Source: an uncultured Verrucomicrobiota bacterium (GTDB lineage Bacteria > Verrucomicrobiota > Verrucomicrobiia > Opitutales > Seribacteraceae). Taken from it: a stretch of 64,000 bases of DNA. Position numbers and translations under genes: made by a program. Below the pieces are notes generated by a model. The model was not told the origin of the DNA. It did not search any database and saw only the letters and a list, made by a program, of their open reading frames with translations. The stretch covers positions 73,282-137,281 of the forward strand of contig CACMBV010000002.1 in NCBI GenBank assembly GCA_902612125.1, written 5' to 3'. Numbering within the stretch: position 1 is the first letter of the stretch; each line of letters opens with the position of its first letter. Shown one piece after another: positions 28,839-39,484 of this stretch.

Positions 28839-29942
28839 ATGAATTTAACGCAACTTGCGAATCCCCGCATCCTCGATCAACCTATTTACACCCCTGGCAA
28901 ACCCATTGAAAAAGTTGCTGAACAATTTGGTCTAGCCGCGCACGAAATCGTAAAACTTGCCTCCAATGAAAACCCTTGGGGTGCCTCACCACATGCTCTC
29001 GAAAAAGCAAAGGGTGCACTTGATCAAGTGCATCTATATCCGGATGGGAGTGGTACTTTTCTGTTGGAAAGACTGGCTTCCAAGTTTTCACTCTCAAACG
29101 AACACTTTATTCTAGGTAATGGGTCCAATGAAATCATTGAGTTACTGGGACATGTCTTTATTGGTGAAAATGATGAAATCATTTTTGGTGAACATGCTTT
29201 TGCAGTATACAAGTTGGTTACTCTTTTGATGGGAGGGCAACCGGTGTCCGCCCACATGCCTAATCTTACGCATGACCTGACCCTGATAAAGGAATCCATT
29301 AACTCAAAAACCAAAATCGTTTTTCTGCCGAGTCCTAATAACCCAACCGGTACTACTAATACCAAGGACGAAATCTACTCGTTTATTGATACGATACCTG
29401 AACATGTCATTCTCTGCCTAGATGAAGCTTATTCTGAATATCTTGACGACCCTCCCGATATCCGCCCTTTTATCCAGTCAGGCAAGAAAGTAATCGGACT
29501 TCGTACCTTTTCCAAAATCCATGGACTGGCCGGTTTAAGGATCGGATATGGATACGGATCGAAGGAAATGATATCTCTTCTTCAAAAGGCTAGACAACCA
29601 TTCAATGCCAACTCCATCGCCCAAGCCGCTGCGATTGCAGCACTGGAGGATGAGGACTGGGTTCTTCAATGTCGGAGAAGAAATGAAAACGGTCTTAGAC
29701 AAGTGGAGCAAGGCTTGCAGAACCTCGATCTTGAATATGTTCCAAGTCAGGCCAACTTCATCCTTGTCAATCTAGGAAATGGCAAGAAAGCATTTGAAGC
29801 CTTGCAACGAAAAGGGGTCATAACCCGGGCCATGCCCGGTGAATTGGCAAAGTATCTTCGCCTTTCCATAGGCACGGAAATTGAAAACGAAAAAGTACTG
29901 TCAGCATTGGAGGAAATCGTTCCATTACTTGATCATCCATGA
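28839..29942 (+). CDS. hisC: Histidinol-phosphate aminotransferase
   Basis: KLASNENPWG, GNGSNE, PNNPTG, DEAYSEY, RTFSKIHGLAGLRIGY. Confidence 0.93.
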   Translation: MNLTQLANPRILDQPIYTPGKPIEKVAEQFGLAAHEIVKLASNENPWGASPHALEKAKGALDQVHLYPDGSGTFLLERLASKFSLSNEHFILGNGSNEIIELLGHVFIGENDEIIFGEHAFAVYKLVTLLMGGQPVSAHMPNLTHDLTLIKESINSKTKIVFLPSPNNPTGTTNTKDEIYSFIDTIPEHVILCLDEAYSEYLDDPPDIRPFIQSGKKVIGLRTFSKIHGLAGLRIGYGYGSKEMISLLQKARQPFNANSIAQAAAIAALEDEDWVLQCRRRNENGLRQVEQGLQNLDLEYVPSQANFILVNLGNGKKAFEALQRKGVITRAMPGELAKYLRLSIGTEIENEKVLSALEEIVPLLDHP

Positions 29943-31249
29943 TTCCTGGTAGTTTTCCATGGCCGCAGATTTTGGTAATTTGGCTCATTTTTATCTTTTG
30001 GGCGATCGCTCTTGGTATGTATCGTACCTTGATTGACCGGATTCGATCCGGTTTAGTTGCCAGCCCCAGTTCTGGAAACCAAATAGACCGTTTGTTGTCA
30101 GATAGTTTACAACTACCCAACCATGAGCGCCCTTTCCATGTGGAAGCATCCACACTTTCTTCCCTGCAAATTTTATTTGGCTTTTTGGTTTTTTCTGTCT
30201 TTTCCAATCTTTATCTCGAAGGCCCGAAAAATAATCCCGGGCTACTGGCATTTTGTTTTGTTGCCTCTCTATCCGTTGAAAGAGTTGCATCCTGGATGCT
30301 GCCGAAGAAAATTAGCCAAAGTCCAAACATAGAGTTATATTTAAAGCCCGCTTTTTTCCCAGTGTTCTTAATCAGACTTATCTGCAAGCCTTTGTCTCTT
30401 CTAATTTTAATTGTGGAAAAAGGTATGGAATCATCCAGTCAAAAGATGGTAATGGAACAGGACGAAGAAAGTGAGGTTGCTGACCATATCCGGGTCGTCG
30501 GTCGGGAGGGAGCAAATCTTGATCCGGAAATTCTCGAAATTATGGGAAATACAATCGAAATGAGCCAGCTAAAGGTAAACGATGTCATGATCCCCCGGAA
30601 CCAGGTTCAAATTCTTGATGTAAATGATTCCTTCTCCACCAACTTAGAAATTGCTAAATCCTGTGGACATACCAGGTTACCCCTTTGTGACCATGATCTT
30701 GATCAATGTCTCGGGATTGTCCATGTAAAGTATGCCTTTCGGGCACTTTCGGAAAAGAGCCAAAATTTTGATTTACGAAAAATAACCAAAGCCCCAGCTC
30801 TGCTATCGAGGGAAGAACCGTTGCCTGCGGCACTCAAGAGGATGATGAAGTTAAAAGTTCATATGGCTTTAGTTCGAGATCAATTCGGAGGAATTGACGG
30901 TGTAATCACTCTTGAAGATATCCTGGAGGAGGTTGTAGGCGAGATTCAGGATGAATTTGATTCAGATGAAAAAGCCGTGGAGAAAATCGATGAAAACAAA
31001 TGGAGAATTTCCGGTCTTGTACCCGTTCATGATCTTCCAGATCAAATTAATCTGTTCGAAGACGAAGATGATACCGCAACAGTTGGGGGAGTGATCACCA
31101 AAGAACTTGGAAGAATTCCTGAAGATCAGGAAGTCCATGAAATTGCAGGTTTGCAAATTAAAGTTTTGGAAGCAGATGATACCCGCGTGCTTTCCCTCGA
31201 AATCGAATGGTTGGAAAAAGAGGGGACTACTTCCGAGGAAACAGAATAA
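29939..31249 (+). CDS. Hemolysin/CorC family CNNM-CBS protein
   Basis: TM N-domain, tandem CBS (VMIPR, HTRLP, TLEDILEEVVGEIQDEFD), CorC_HlyC C-terminus. Confidence 0.9.
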   Translation: MIPGSFPWPQILVIWLIFIFWAIALGMYRTLIDRIRSGLVASPSSGNQIDRLLSDSLQLPNHERPFHVEASTLSSLQILFGFLVFSVFSNLYLEGPKNNPGLLAFCFVASLSVERVASWMLPKKISQSPNIELYLKPAFFPVFLIRLICKPLSLLILIVEKGMESSSQKMVMEQDEESEVADHIRVVGREGANLDPEILEIMGNTIEMSQLKVNDVMIPRNQVQILDVNDSFSTNLEIAKSCGHTRLPLCDHDLDQCLGIVHVKYAFRALSEKSQNFDLRKITKAPALLSREEPLPAALKRMMKLKVHMALVRDQFGGIDGVITLEDILEEVVGEIQDEFDSDEKAVEKIDENKWRISGLVPVHDLPDQINLFEDEDDTATVGGVITKELGRIPEDQEVHEIAGLQIKVLEADDTRVLSLEIEWLEKEGTTSEETE

Positions 31250-32750
31250 TTTTTTCTTTTATCGTTTTTCCATTTAAACGATGATCCCAGATAAGATCGT
31301 GTTGCCATGACTTACAGGCAGTCAGACCAAGTCTCTCATTTATTTTTGCATGAATTTCCGGCATAACGGCCACAAGTAAAGAATTGGCAAGGCGAAGAGC
31401 CTCCACCATATTTGAAAGACAGGTCTGCAGGTTTTTATGGTCTGCCTCTTCAGCAGACTTGGCAAGTTTCCATGGAACTCTATTATCCGCGTATTTATTA
31501 ATTGCCCGAATAAAGCCCGATACCTGTTCCAGTCCTAGACTGAATTGAAATTCCTCGAAAAACGCCTTCGAAATTTTTTGGGTGCTTTTCCACTTCTTTT
31601 GAAGTTCCAATTCTGGTTTCTCTGGCTCGTGATTTTCCGGAACCACTGAACCAAAATAATTTGCACACATATGAAGCAACCTACTAACTAAATTTCCAAG
31701 ATCATTTCCCAAGTCTGCCCGGTATCTTGAGTCAAATCTCTCGATTGAGAATTCGGCATCCTGACCTACTTTCATTTCTCTCATAACAAAAAAGCGGAAT
31801 GCATCAGCTCCGTAGTCATTGATCAACTCTAGCGGATTTATGCTTTCCCCTGTACTCTTAGACATTTTCTCTCCCGAACTAGTCCACCATCCATGCACTA
31901 AAATCTTCTTGGGAAGTTCGATATTGCAGGCTTCAAGCATAATGGGCCAATAGATCGCATGGGGAGGAGCCAGGATATCCTTGCCTATGACATGGAGATC
32001 TGCGGGCCAAAGTATCGTGAATTCTTTCCCTCCATAACCAGCTGCGGTTACATAGTTAACCAGTGCATCAAACCAAACATAAGTGACATACTCCTGGTCA
32101 AAAGGGAGAGGTATACCCCAAGATAACCGTTCTTTTGGTCGGGAAATACAGAGATCATTGAGAGGTTCCTTAAGAAATTCAATCACTTGGGATTGGCGAT
32201 GTGCGGGAAGAATAAAATTCTTATTTCCCTTTAAAAATTGAAGCAACCATTCCTGATATTTTCCTAGTTTAAAAAAATAATTTTTTTCGGTTATTTCAGT
32301 AACCTCGCCAAAAATCTCTGGCCATACCCCATCCACTTTATCTTTTTCCTGAAGAAATTGTTCGGCTCTCATCGAGTAAAAACCGTTGTATTCTGCCTGA
32401 TAAATTTCTCCTCTTTCGAACAAATCTTGCAACAAACTTTCGACGACCTTTTTATGGCGTGACTCGGTGGTTCTAATGTAATCATCATTTGCAATGCCTA
32501 AGCTGACCAACATTTTTTTAAATTCATTTGCAATACGGTCACATCGCACTTGTGGCTTGACTCCTTCCCTCTCTGCTCCTTGCTGGACTTTTTGTCCGTG
32601 CTCATCTAATCCAGTTACAAAATGTGAAGATTGTCCCATCACCTTTTTCGTCCTGCTGATAACATCCGCTAAAATTTTTTCATACGCGTGTCCTAAATGG
32701 GGAAATCCATTCGCATAATCGATTGCAGTGGTTAAATAATATGGCTTCAT
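31227..32750 (-). CDS. metG: Methionine--tRNA ligase (short form)
   Basis: TTAIDYANGFPHLGH, GLDEHGQK, YVWFDAL, IGKDI, KMSKS. Confidence 0.96.
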   Translation of the reverse strand: MKPYYLTTAIDYANGFPHLGHAYEKILADVISRTKKVMGQSSHFVTGLDEHGQKVQQGAEREGVKPQVRCDRIANEFKKMLVSLGIANDDYIRTTESRHKKVVESLLQDLFERGEIYQAEYNGFYSMRAEQFLQEKDKVDGVWPEIFGEVTEITEKNYFFKLGKYQEWLLQFLKGNKNFILPAHRQSQVIEFLKEPLNDLCISRPKERLSWGIPLPFDQEYVTYVWFDALVNYVTAAGYGGKEFTILWPADLHVIGKDILAPPHAIYWPIMLEACNIELPKKILVHGWWTSSGEKMSKSTGESINPLELINDYGADAFRFFVMREMKVGQDAEFSIERFDSRYRADLGNDLGNLVSRLLHMCANYFGSVVPENHEPEKPELELQKKWKSTQKISKAFFEEFQFSLGLEQVSGFIRAINKYADNRVPWKLAKSAEEADHKNLQTCLSNMVEALRLANSLLVAVMPEIHAKINERLGLTACKSWQHDLIWDHRLNGKTIKEKIILFPRK

Positions 32751-32932
32751 ATATTTTACTCTTAATCCAACAAGACAAAAAGAACCATCTCATTCAGAAA
32801 TTTTCGTTTTACATGGTTGACGTATCTCATATGAAATTTTCAATATAGATTTTCGTCCGCTTTTGGAAGTAACTTAGTTTCGGATGTCCCCCTTATTATC
32901 GCCTAAATTTAGGCAAACCCATTTTGCATCTT

Positions 32933-34069
32933 ATGAGCGAAGAACAAAATATTGCTCCCGTCCCTAAACAGGTTGAGGGTATGCTCGACTTGGTCGAGAA
33001 TAAAGCAGGTGTTTTGCTTGACCCAAGCCGAGGTGGTAAAACCACCCCTCACGATCCTTTCGTATCCAAAGAACTCGTTCGAAGATTTAAGCTCAAGCGA
33101 GGTTCAATTATCCGTGCGGACGCCTCCTTTGATCATAGAAGACCAAACCCAAAAGTACAGTACGTTCATTCCGTGGACGGATTACCAATTCACGAACGCA
33201 AAAAACTTTTCAGATTCGATCAACTGACCACAATCCAACCCAAGGAAAAATTAAATCTTGAAACAAATGATGGACGGATGACCACCCGTGTTCTAGATCT
33301 TTTTTGCCCAATTGGGAAAGGACAAAGGGCATTGATTGTCGCACCTCCGAGAGCAGGAAAAACCACGATCCTTCACGACATTGCTAAAGGGATTGAAGAA
33401 AATCACCCGGAGTGTCATCTAATGGTGATGCTCATTGATGAGCGCCCGGAAGAGGTAACCGATTTTAAACGAACAGTGGATGCAGAAATTTATGCTTCCT
33501 CCAATGACGAAGAAGTGAAAAGCCACCTCAGGGTCGCGGAACTTGCGATCGAACGGGCTAAACGTCTTGTTGAATCCAATAAAGATGTCATTCTTTTGAT
33601 GGATTCCATCACTAGGCTGTCGAGGGCGTATAACGCCAATTCCGGAAAGAGTGGGCGCACCATGACTGGCGGACTGGACGTGCGTGCGCTCGAAAAGCCA
33701 AGACAAATCTTCTCTTCTGCTAGAAATTCTGAGGAGTCAGGCTCCCTGACTATAGTTGCAACCGCCTTGATTGAAACAGGCTCAAAAATGGATGAGTTAA
33801 TTTTTCAGGAATTTAAAGGTACCGGAAATAGTGAAATTATATTAGACCGTAAAGTTGCTGAACTCAGACTTTGGCCTGCAATCAACCTGGCATCTTCAGG
33901 AACAAGAAAAGAAGAAGACCTTGTCGATCGAAATATTTTGAACAAAACATCATTCTTGCGCCGAGCCATGTCTCCAATGAAAGTAATTGACGCTGCGGAA
34001 ACTCTCTTAGAAAGGCTTGCCAAAACCTCTTCTAACAAGGAGTTTCTTGAACTTATTCAAACTTCATAA
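32933..34069 (+). CDS. rho: Transcription termination factor Rho (short form)
   Basis: PIGKGQRALIVAPPRAGKT, LIDERPEEVTD, DSITRL, EFKGTGN, SGTRKE; start at ATG 32933. Confidence 0.95.
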   Translation: MSEEQNIAPVPKQVEGMLDLVENKAGVLLDPSRGGKTTPHDPFVSKELVRRFKLKRGSIIRADASFDHRRPNPKVQYVHSVDGLPIHERKKLFRFDQLTTIQPKEKLNLETNDGRMTTRVLDLFCPIGKGQRALIVAPPRAGKTTILHDIAKGIEENHPECHLMVMLIDERPEEVTDFKRTVDAEIYASSNDEEVKSHLRVAELAIERAKRLVESNKDVILLMDSITRLSRAYNANSGKSGRTMTGGLDVRALEKPRQIFSSARNSEESGSLTIVATALIETGSKMDELIFQEFKGTGNSEIILDRKVAELRLWPAINLASSGTRKEEDLVDRNILNKTSFLRRAMSPMKVIDAAETLLERLAKTSSNKEFLELIQTS

Positions 34070-34137
34070 CACATTGACAAACCTTCTCTTTCAAGGCAGG
34101 TTAGTCGATTTGCGTTGAATATCCCTTTCGGCCTTTT

Positions 34138-35898
34138 ATGCATAACTTTTCCGAACAATGCTTGGATCTTGCCCGCTCTTTGCTTGGCAACAATCTCCAG
34201 CATATAAACGAAGATGGCAGCGTCACCCCCGCTCCCGGTGAAGATTCTAGGGTTGATGAACCTGGTCACGCCGCATTGGCAATTGGGGAGTTCTTCCGAG
34301 CTTCTGGAGAAGTGGAACTAGAGGGCTTTGATCTGTTTGATCTCTCTGCTCGCTGTGTTACGCAGCAAGCTTTCACTCCTGAAGCCTCAGAAAACGGACT
34401 GGCCTATGCGGCCCTTGGTCTTCTCTCTTTTGGTGCATCCAAAGAAAGAAATTTGGTTTGGGAAAGATTGCAGAATCAAACGAGAGAGCAGCTAGACACA
34501 TCCCTGATGTCTCGTTCAGATCACAAAGATCATTTTCAGGCTTTCAATGTGGCTAAATCTGTCGCTCGTTTCAGTTTCGGTTTAACCAAGAAAGATGATA
34601 CTGGAAAAGTTATCGATCGTTTTGTGGAAAGAATCGAAGCATACAGCTCAAGCGGTTACTGTAATGATTTTCCAGAGGGGACATGTGGTGTCTATGATTT
34701 GTACGGTCCTTTGTCGTTCATCTTTATCCGGCAAGCTCTTCAACTTCATGCAAATGTTCATCTCAAGGATCGTAAACTTCCAAAACTCAGAACTTTTGCT
34801 GAAAAATATCTCCGTTTGTTACCAGACATAACAAGGCAGGATGGGCTTGGATGGAATTACGGTAGGTCGGTTGGGGCTTATGGGCAACTACATTGCATAA
34901 GCATGATCTTGCAGTCTATGCGTGATCATTGGATATCAGCAGAAAAAATGCCCCTGTGTCTGGAAACATTGCGAAAACTTTTTCAGTATTTCTTCGTTAC
35001 CTATATGGATCAGGAAAAGGGCGATCTAGTTATTCGGGATGACGAAAGAAACACAGTATCAAATCATACCACAAGAATGGCCAATTTTGACGCCGCAAGG
35101 TACCTCTGCCAATGGTCAAGACTTGCTAGGGTGATAGGTGGTACCCTCGGGGTTGCTCCTCCTCAGCGGTCCAAAGTAGCAGGAAGATTTGTTACTTTTG
35201 ATAAGTCCCACAAAAAAGAGCATGGTTTGTTTCTTTACAGGGATGAGAACCATGGTCTGCAATTTCAACTTCCTTTAATCGGTCCGGGTGCCAAACCCAA
35301 CTGCGATAACTTAGCATTTCCCCATTGTCCTGGAATTTTTGATTGGCCAGTCAATCAGTATTTGCCAGTTATGCTGCCGGAACTAACTTTTGGCGATTCC
35401 ACTGTAATCCCGGCATACTACGGAAAAAACTGTGTTACCGGAGTTGGACTGAGAAAATCATTTTATCTTCGTTTCGAGCAACCTGACTTAATCAAAATAA
35501 ACGGCGAATACTCGCACGGATTGGGAAGTTGTCAAGTGCAGTGGACATTTGGAAGTGGGAGTATCCAGTCCGAATTTAGTTTTAAGGTTAAAAACCAAGT
35601 AACTTTGGATAAAATGAGGTTAGCCCTTATTATCGGTTCACCCCACTCTACTTACCGGTTGGGTACCACTCTTACCCAAGGAGCTGAAGGTTTGCGAGCA
35701 AACGTGGAAACAGATGACTTTCAGGCAAAGTGGAGTTCCTTCGAAACTGTTTCGGAAAATCCTGAGTTTCGCGGATATTCCGGAAATATTCATTATGTTC
35801 AATTCTTGGTTCGAGACCATCCACTCGTTATGCGTCCAGGTCAGCAATATAAGCTGGTTCTTTCTTACAAACCAGATGTTGCGTTTGCAGACGAGTAA
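34138..35898 (+). CDS. Hypothetical cytoplasmic protein (helical N-domain, beta-rich C-domain)
   Basis: 586-aa ORF with normal composition between rho and hisF; no motif recognised with confidence. Confidence 0.75.
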   Translation: MHNFSEQCLDLARSLLGNNLQHINEDGSVTPAPGEDSRVDEPGHAALAIGEFFRASGEVELEGFDLFDLSARCVTQQAFTPEASENGLAYAALGLLSFGASKERNLVWERLQNQTREQLDTSLMSRSDHKDHFQAFNVAKSVARFSFGLTKKDDTGKVIDRFVERIEAYSSSGYCNDFPEGTCGVYDLYGPLSFIFIRQALQLHANVHLKDRKLPKLRTFAEKYLRLLPDITRQDGLGWNYGRSVGAYGQLHCISMILQSMRDHWISAEKMPLCLETLRKLFQYFFVTYMDQEKGDLVIRDDERNTVSNHTTRMANFDAARYLCQWSRLARVIGGTLGVAPPQRSKVAGRFVTFDKSHKKEHGLFLYRDENHGLQFQLPLIGPGAKPNCDNLAFPHCPGIFDWPVNQYLPVMLPELTFGDSTVIPAYYGKNCVTGVGLRKSFYLRFEQPDLIKINGEYSHGLGSCQVQWTFGSGSIQSEFSFKVKNQVTLDKMRLALIIGSPHSTYRLGTTLTQGAEGLRANVETDDFQAKWSSFETVSENPEFRGYSGNIHYVQFLVRDHPLVMRPGQQYKLVLSYKPDVAFADE

Positions 35899-35948
35899 AT
35901 TTTCTTGCTATTTATTGAGCACCTAAGTTTCCTTTAAGTCACAATTCT

Positions 35949-36710
35949 ATGCTGTCTGCACGAGTTATTCCCTGTCTGGATGTTGATCGTGGTAGAGTGG
36001 TAAAAGGAGTGCAGTTTAAAAAGCTCATTGATGCAGGGGACCCCGTAGAGGTGGCAAAGGCTTACCAAGAGCAGGGTGCGGATGAATTGGTTTTTTTGGA
36101 TATCACCGCATCCAGTGATGAAAGACAAACCATGCATGAGGTAGTGGAGGAAACCGTTGCATCATGCTTTATGCCTGTAACCGTTGGAGGAGGAATCCGT
36201 GAGCTAAAGGATATCCGGCAAATGTTGCTCTGCGGGGCAGACAAAGTAAGCTTAAACACCGCGGCTATTTTAAACCCAAGCCTTATTAATCTAGCCTCTT
36301 CACAGTTCGGAAATCAATGCATTGTAGTGGCTATTGATGCTAAACGGATTTCGGGAAAAGATCAGTGGATCGTTTATACCCACGGGGGGAGAAAAGAGAC
36401 CTCCTTGGATGCCATTGCTTGGGCCAAAGAAGTCGTGAACAGAGGAGCTGGAGAGATTTTGCTTACCAGCATGGATCGCGATGGCACCAAAGATGGGTAT
36501 GATATCAATTTAACCCGCATCTTGAGCGATGCCGTAGAGATTCCTGTGATTGCTTCCGGCGGTGTCGGCAAGCCTGAGCACTTGGCAGAGGGAATTTTGG
36601 AAGGTCATGCCAGTGCGGTTCTGGCTGCAAGCATTTTCCATTTTGGGGAGTTTTCCATAAAAGAAAGTAAGGAAATAATGCAAGAGCACGGCGTGCCCGT
36701 TCGCCTTTAA
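35949..36710 (+). CDS. hisF: Imidazole glycerol phosphate synthase cyclase subunit
   Basis: [45 protein letters not shown]. Confidence 0.97.
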   Translation: MLSARVIPCLDVDRGRVVKGVQFKKLIDAGDPVEVAKAYQEQGADELVFLDITASSDERQTMHEVVEETVASCFMPVTVGGGIRELKDIRQMLLCGADKVSLNTAAILNPSLINLASSQFGNQCIVVAIDAKRISGKDQWIVYTHGGRKETSLDAIAWAKEVVNRGAGEILLTSMDRDGTKDGYDINLTRILSDAVEIPVIASGGVGKPEHLAEGILEGHASAVLAASIFHFGEFSIKESKEIMQEHGVPVRL

Positions 36711-36720
36711 GGCCCAGCTC

Positions 36721-37275
36721 TTACAAATCTTTCCAATACTTAAGTGCTTGGTCACCCCACTTAGCCAAATCTTTTTTTCCGTCTTTCGTGACGATATTTC
36801 CCTTTTGATCCACAATCACGAGAAAAGGAATAAACTCCACACCTGTTACCTTGCTTGCATGTTTTGACTCTGAGGACTGATTTTCCATAGCCAACCATGG
36901 CATGCCGTACTTTTTCATATAGTTTGCTTGAGCCTTTGCGCTTCCATCTCCCCCTACTAATATCACTTCAAACTCTTCTTCATGCTTATTCCTGAATTCT
37001 ATAAGTTTGGGAGTAAATTTTCTGCAGGGCCCGCACCAACTGGCAGAAAAATAAAGGCCTACATATTTTTCAGCTATTTTTTCAAGACCCACTTTTTCAC
37101 CTGAAACTTTCAGTAGCGTTTCAGGAATTATAATTTGGTCATCTGGAAGGTTTTTTTCATTTTCAGGTTCTGCCCAACCAAAAATGGAATTTATTGAAAA
37201 AAGACCCATTATTAATCCAAAAGATAAAATCTTGTTTAAAAACATCCCTCCAACATAAATTGCTGAGACAAACAT
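36721..37275 (-). CDS. Exported thioredoxin-like protein (nucleoredoxin/tryparedoxin type)
   Basis: Signal-like N-terminus; LYFSASWCGPCRKFTPKL, MPWLA, IPFLVIVD. Confidence 0.85.
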   Translation of the reverse strand: MFVSAIYVGGMFLNKILSFGLIMGLFSINSIFGWAEPENEKNLPDDQIIIPETLLKVSGEKVGLEKIAEKYVGLYFSASWCGPCRKFTPKLIEFRNKHEEEFEVILVGGDGSAKAQANYMKKYGMPWLAMENQSSESKHASKVTGVEFIPFLVIVDQKGNIVTKDGKKDLAKWGDQALKYWKDL

Positions 37276-37303
37276 ACCAAGATTTTAAATTGGAAAAGGC
37301 GAT

Positions 37304-38434
37304 TTATTGTTTTGAAATAAGTGAAAAGAAATCATCCAAATAAAACTGAGTTACCTTATCTAGTTCGTACTCTTTGGACCGTTCCCAAGCGGCAATTCCA
37401 ATTTCCCTTTTTTGACATTCCTGAAGGACAATAACTTTAGATAATGCCGCCCTTATGGCTTCTTCCATATTCTGTTTTTTTCTTTCTTGCAGACAAAACC
37501 CTTCACTCCCGAATGAAATAAAATCCGCAAAGCACGGGAGCTCGGAGACGATAGGAATACATCCGCAACTCATTGCTTCTAAGACTGCCAATCCAAAGGT
37601 CTCACCTTGTCTGGCCTGAGATGGGTAAATAAAAAAGGATGCTCTTTCCATTTCTATTTTCAAGGTCTCTCTCTCAAAAAGTGGCTCATGGAATTCGATT
37701 TTATTTTGACTCGTTTCTATAATTCTCTCCAATAAGACACGAAATTCTTTTCCCCCACCCCCCTGTTCTTTTTTCCAAGGCCCAAGGACGCGGAGAGTCC
37801 ATCCTTTCACAATTTCCATAGATAGTTTCGCCCAAGCTTGAAAAAGAGATTTCACGCCTTTCTCTGGATGTATCCGCCCGGCGTACAAAATTACTTTTTC
37901 TTTGTGATTAAAGTTAAGATCTTTTGAAGGTTGCCAAGTCAATGGATAGGGTAAGGTCTTAATTTTATGGGCATCCTCAGGAATCTGTTTGTGAGAAGCA
38001 TCTGCGATTGGTTTGCTTGGTACTTGGAAACGGCTGGCTCTTTTATATAGCCTGAGTTGTCCTTTAGGATATCGGCCCACATGAACATATAGTTTTCCCA
38101 AAGTATCCCTTGGAAACAAGAGGGGAGCCCAAAAAGCATGGGTTACCATAATCTCTGCCTTTGGCATGACTTTTCTTGCCCGGATAACATAAGGGAGCTC
38201 AAGTAGCTTCAATAAATAAGGATTAGACACGGCATTGGCACCTTGAACTCTTATGTATTTTACGCCTCCATCCGTCTCCTCATTTGCTAAACCCATGGAC
38301 ATGCATGAGACATGTGTCACTTCATGTCCTCTCTTGGCAAATTCTTTACCCAGAGAATACCAGGCTGTTTCAACTGCACCGCCTTTCCATGGAGGCACTG
38401 GGAGAAACGCACCCTGCAAAATATTAATTTTCAT
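37304..38434 (-). CDS. Glycosyltransferase family 4
   Basis: PVPPWKGGAVE, YAGRIHPEKG, ETFGLAVLEAMSCG; start at ATG 38434. Confidence 0.9.
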   Translation of the reverse strand: MKINILQGAFLPVPPWKGGAVETAWYSLGKEFAKRGHEVTHVSCMSMGLANEETDGGVKYIRVQGANAVSNPYLLKLLELPYVIRARKVMPKAEIMVTHAFWAPLLFPRDTLGKLYVHVGRYPKGQLRLYKRASRFQVPSKPIADASHKQIPEDAHKIKTLPYPLTWQPSKDLNFNHKEKVILYAGRIHPEKGVKSLFQAWAKLSMEIVKGWTLRVLGPWKKEQGGGGKEFRVLLERIIETSQNKIEFHEPLFERETLKIEMERASFFIYPSQARQGETFGLAVLEAMSCGCIPIVSELPCFADFISFGSEGFCLQERKKQNMEEAIRAALSKVIVLQECQKREIGIAAWERSKEYELDKVTQFYLDDFFSLISKQ

Positions 38435-39476
38435 GAGATGGCGTCTTGGCAGCTTCCTGAAAAAGCCCAATAATTTTCTCCGCCGTCTTGGATATATGCA
38501 GTTTATCATGAAAACACTTTAGAGCATTTTGCCCCTTTTCTTGAATGCTTCCCTTAATCCACTGACTAACCAGTTGGTCAACACCCCTTTGCGTATCAAG
38601 TTCGATCAAGCCTGCATCATATTCCAAAATTTCTTGATACAGATTTACTTTGTTTGTAAGGAGGACAGGTGTTCCAACTGAACATGCTTCTGCTACCACC
38701 ATCCCGTAGTTTTCCTGATGGGATGGAAGGATTAAAGAATCGGCCGACCGTAGGGCACCCCACTTTAAATCGCCCTCTATCATATCTGTCCAAAGAATTT
38801 GTTCCTCTTTGCCCTTAAATTCCTTACGAAGTTGTTTATAATAAGAGTCCTCCTTCGAAATCGGTGCTCCGATTACCAATAGGTCATTAGCTCTTTTTTG
38901 ACTGACAAAGGCTTTCAATAGTAGATCCAGACCTTTTTTGGGATGAATACGTCCCATATACAAAAGAATTTCTTTACCTCTGGTTTGAGGAAATTGCTTC
39001 TGAAAAGTAGATATCTGACTTTTTCCTTCACCGGGAGGATCTCCGACTCCGAGACCCGTGACAACCTCCTTGCATTGATAGGGCCAAAAAGTATTCCGAG
39101 CAAGCGTCCTTTCTTCTTCAGTTGTGAAACAAACTGCAAACGCATTTTCTAAAATTTTTCCCTGTATCCACCACCAGTATAGTTGCTTTTTAAAATGCTT
39201 AAGCGGGTAGGCTTTTTTAAACCACGGGTCAAGCATACCATGAGGAAAGGCTAAGTAAGGTGTCCGTTTTCTTTGCCAATTTTTATACGCTACAACACCC
39301 GGCCATTGCCATAAACCGTGTGCGATTATACCAGTGACCAAAGACTTGGATATCTGAGCTTCGTCGGTTTCAATTTTGATTCCAAGATCTTCAATTGCCT
39401 CTGACAAATCCAGCACTGCCTTGGCAACTCCTCCTGTCTTAGGGTCTATGGAGTGAACCAGCTGTTGAATTTTCAA
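38424..39476 (-). CDS. Glycosyltransferase family 4
   Basis: HGLWQ, PHGMLDPW, GRIHPKKGLD, PSHQENYGMVVAEA. Confidence 0.9.
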   Translation of the reverse strand: MKIQQLVHSIDPKTGGVAKAVLDLSEAIEDLGIKIETDEAQISKSLVTGIIAHGLWQWPGVVAYKNWQRKRTPYLAFPHGMLDPWFKKAYPLKHFKKQLYWWWIQGKILENAFAVCFTTEEERTLARNTFWPYQCKEVVTGLGVGDPPGEGKSQISTFQKQFPQTRGKEILLYMGRIHPKKGLDLLLKAFVSQKRANDLLVIGAPISKEDSYYKQLRKEFKGKEEQILWTDMIEGDLKWGALRSADSLILPSHQENYGMVVAEACSVGTPVLLTNKVNLYQEILEYDAGLIELDTQRGVDQLVSQWIKGSIQEKGQNALKCFHDKLHISKTAEKIIGLFQEAAKTPSHEN

Positions 39477-39484
39477 GGGCGGAT

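Noticed and set aside
34070-34137. sigma70 promoter (TTGACA at 34074) or small RNA after rho
   Set aside because: No convincing -10 at 16-18 bp and no stable hairpin seen; too weak to report.
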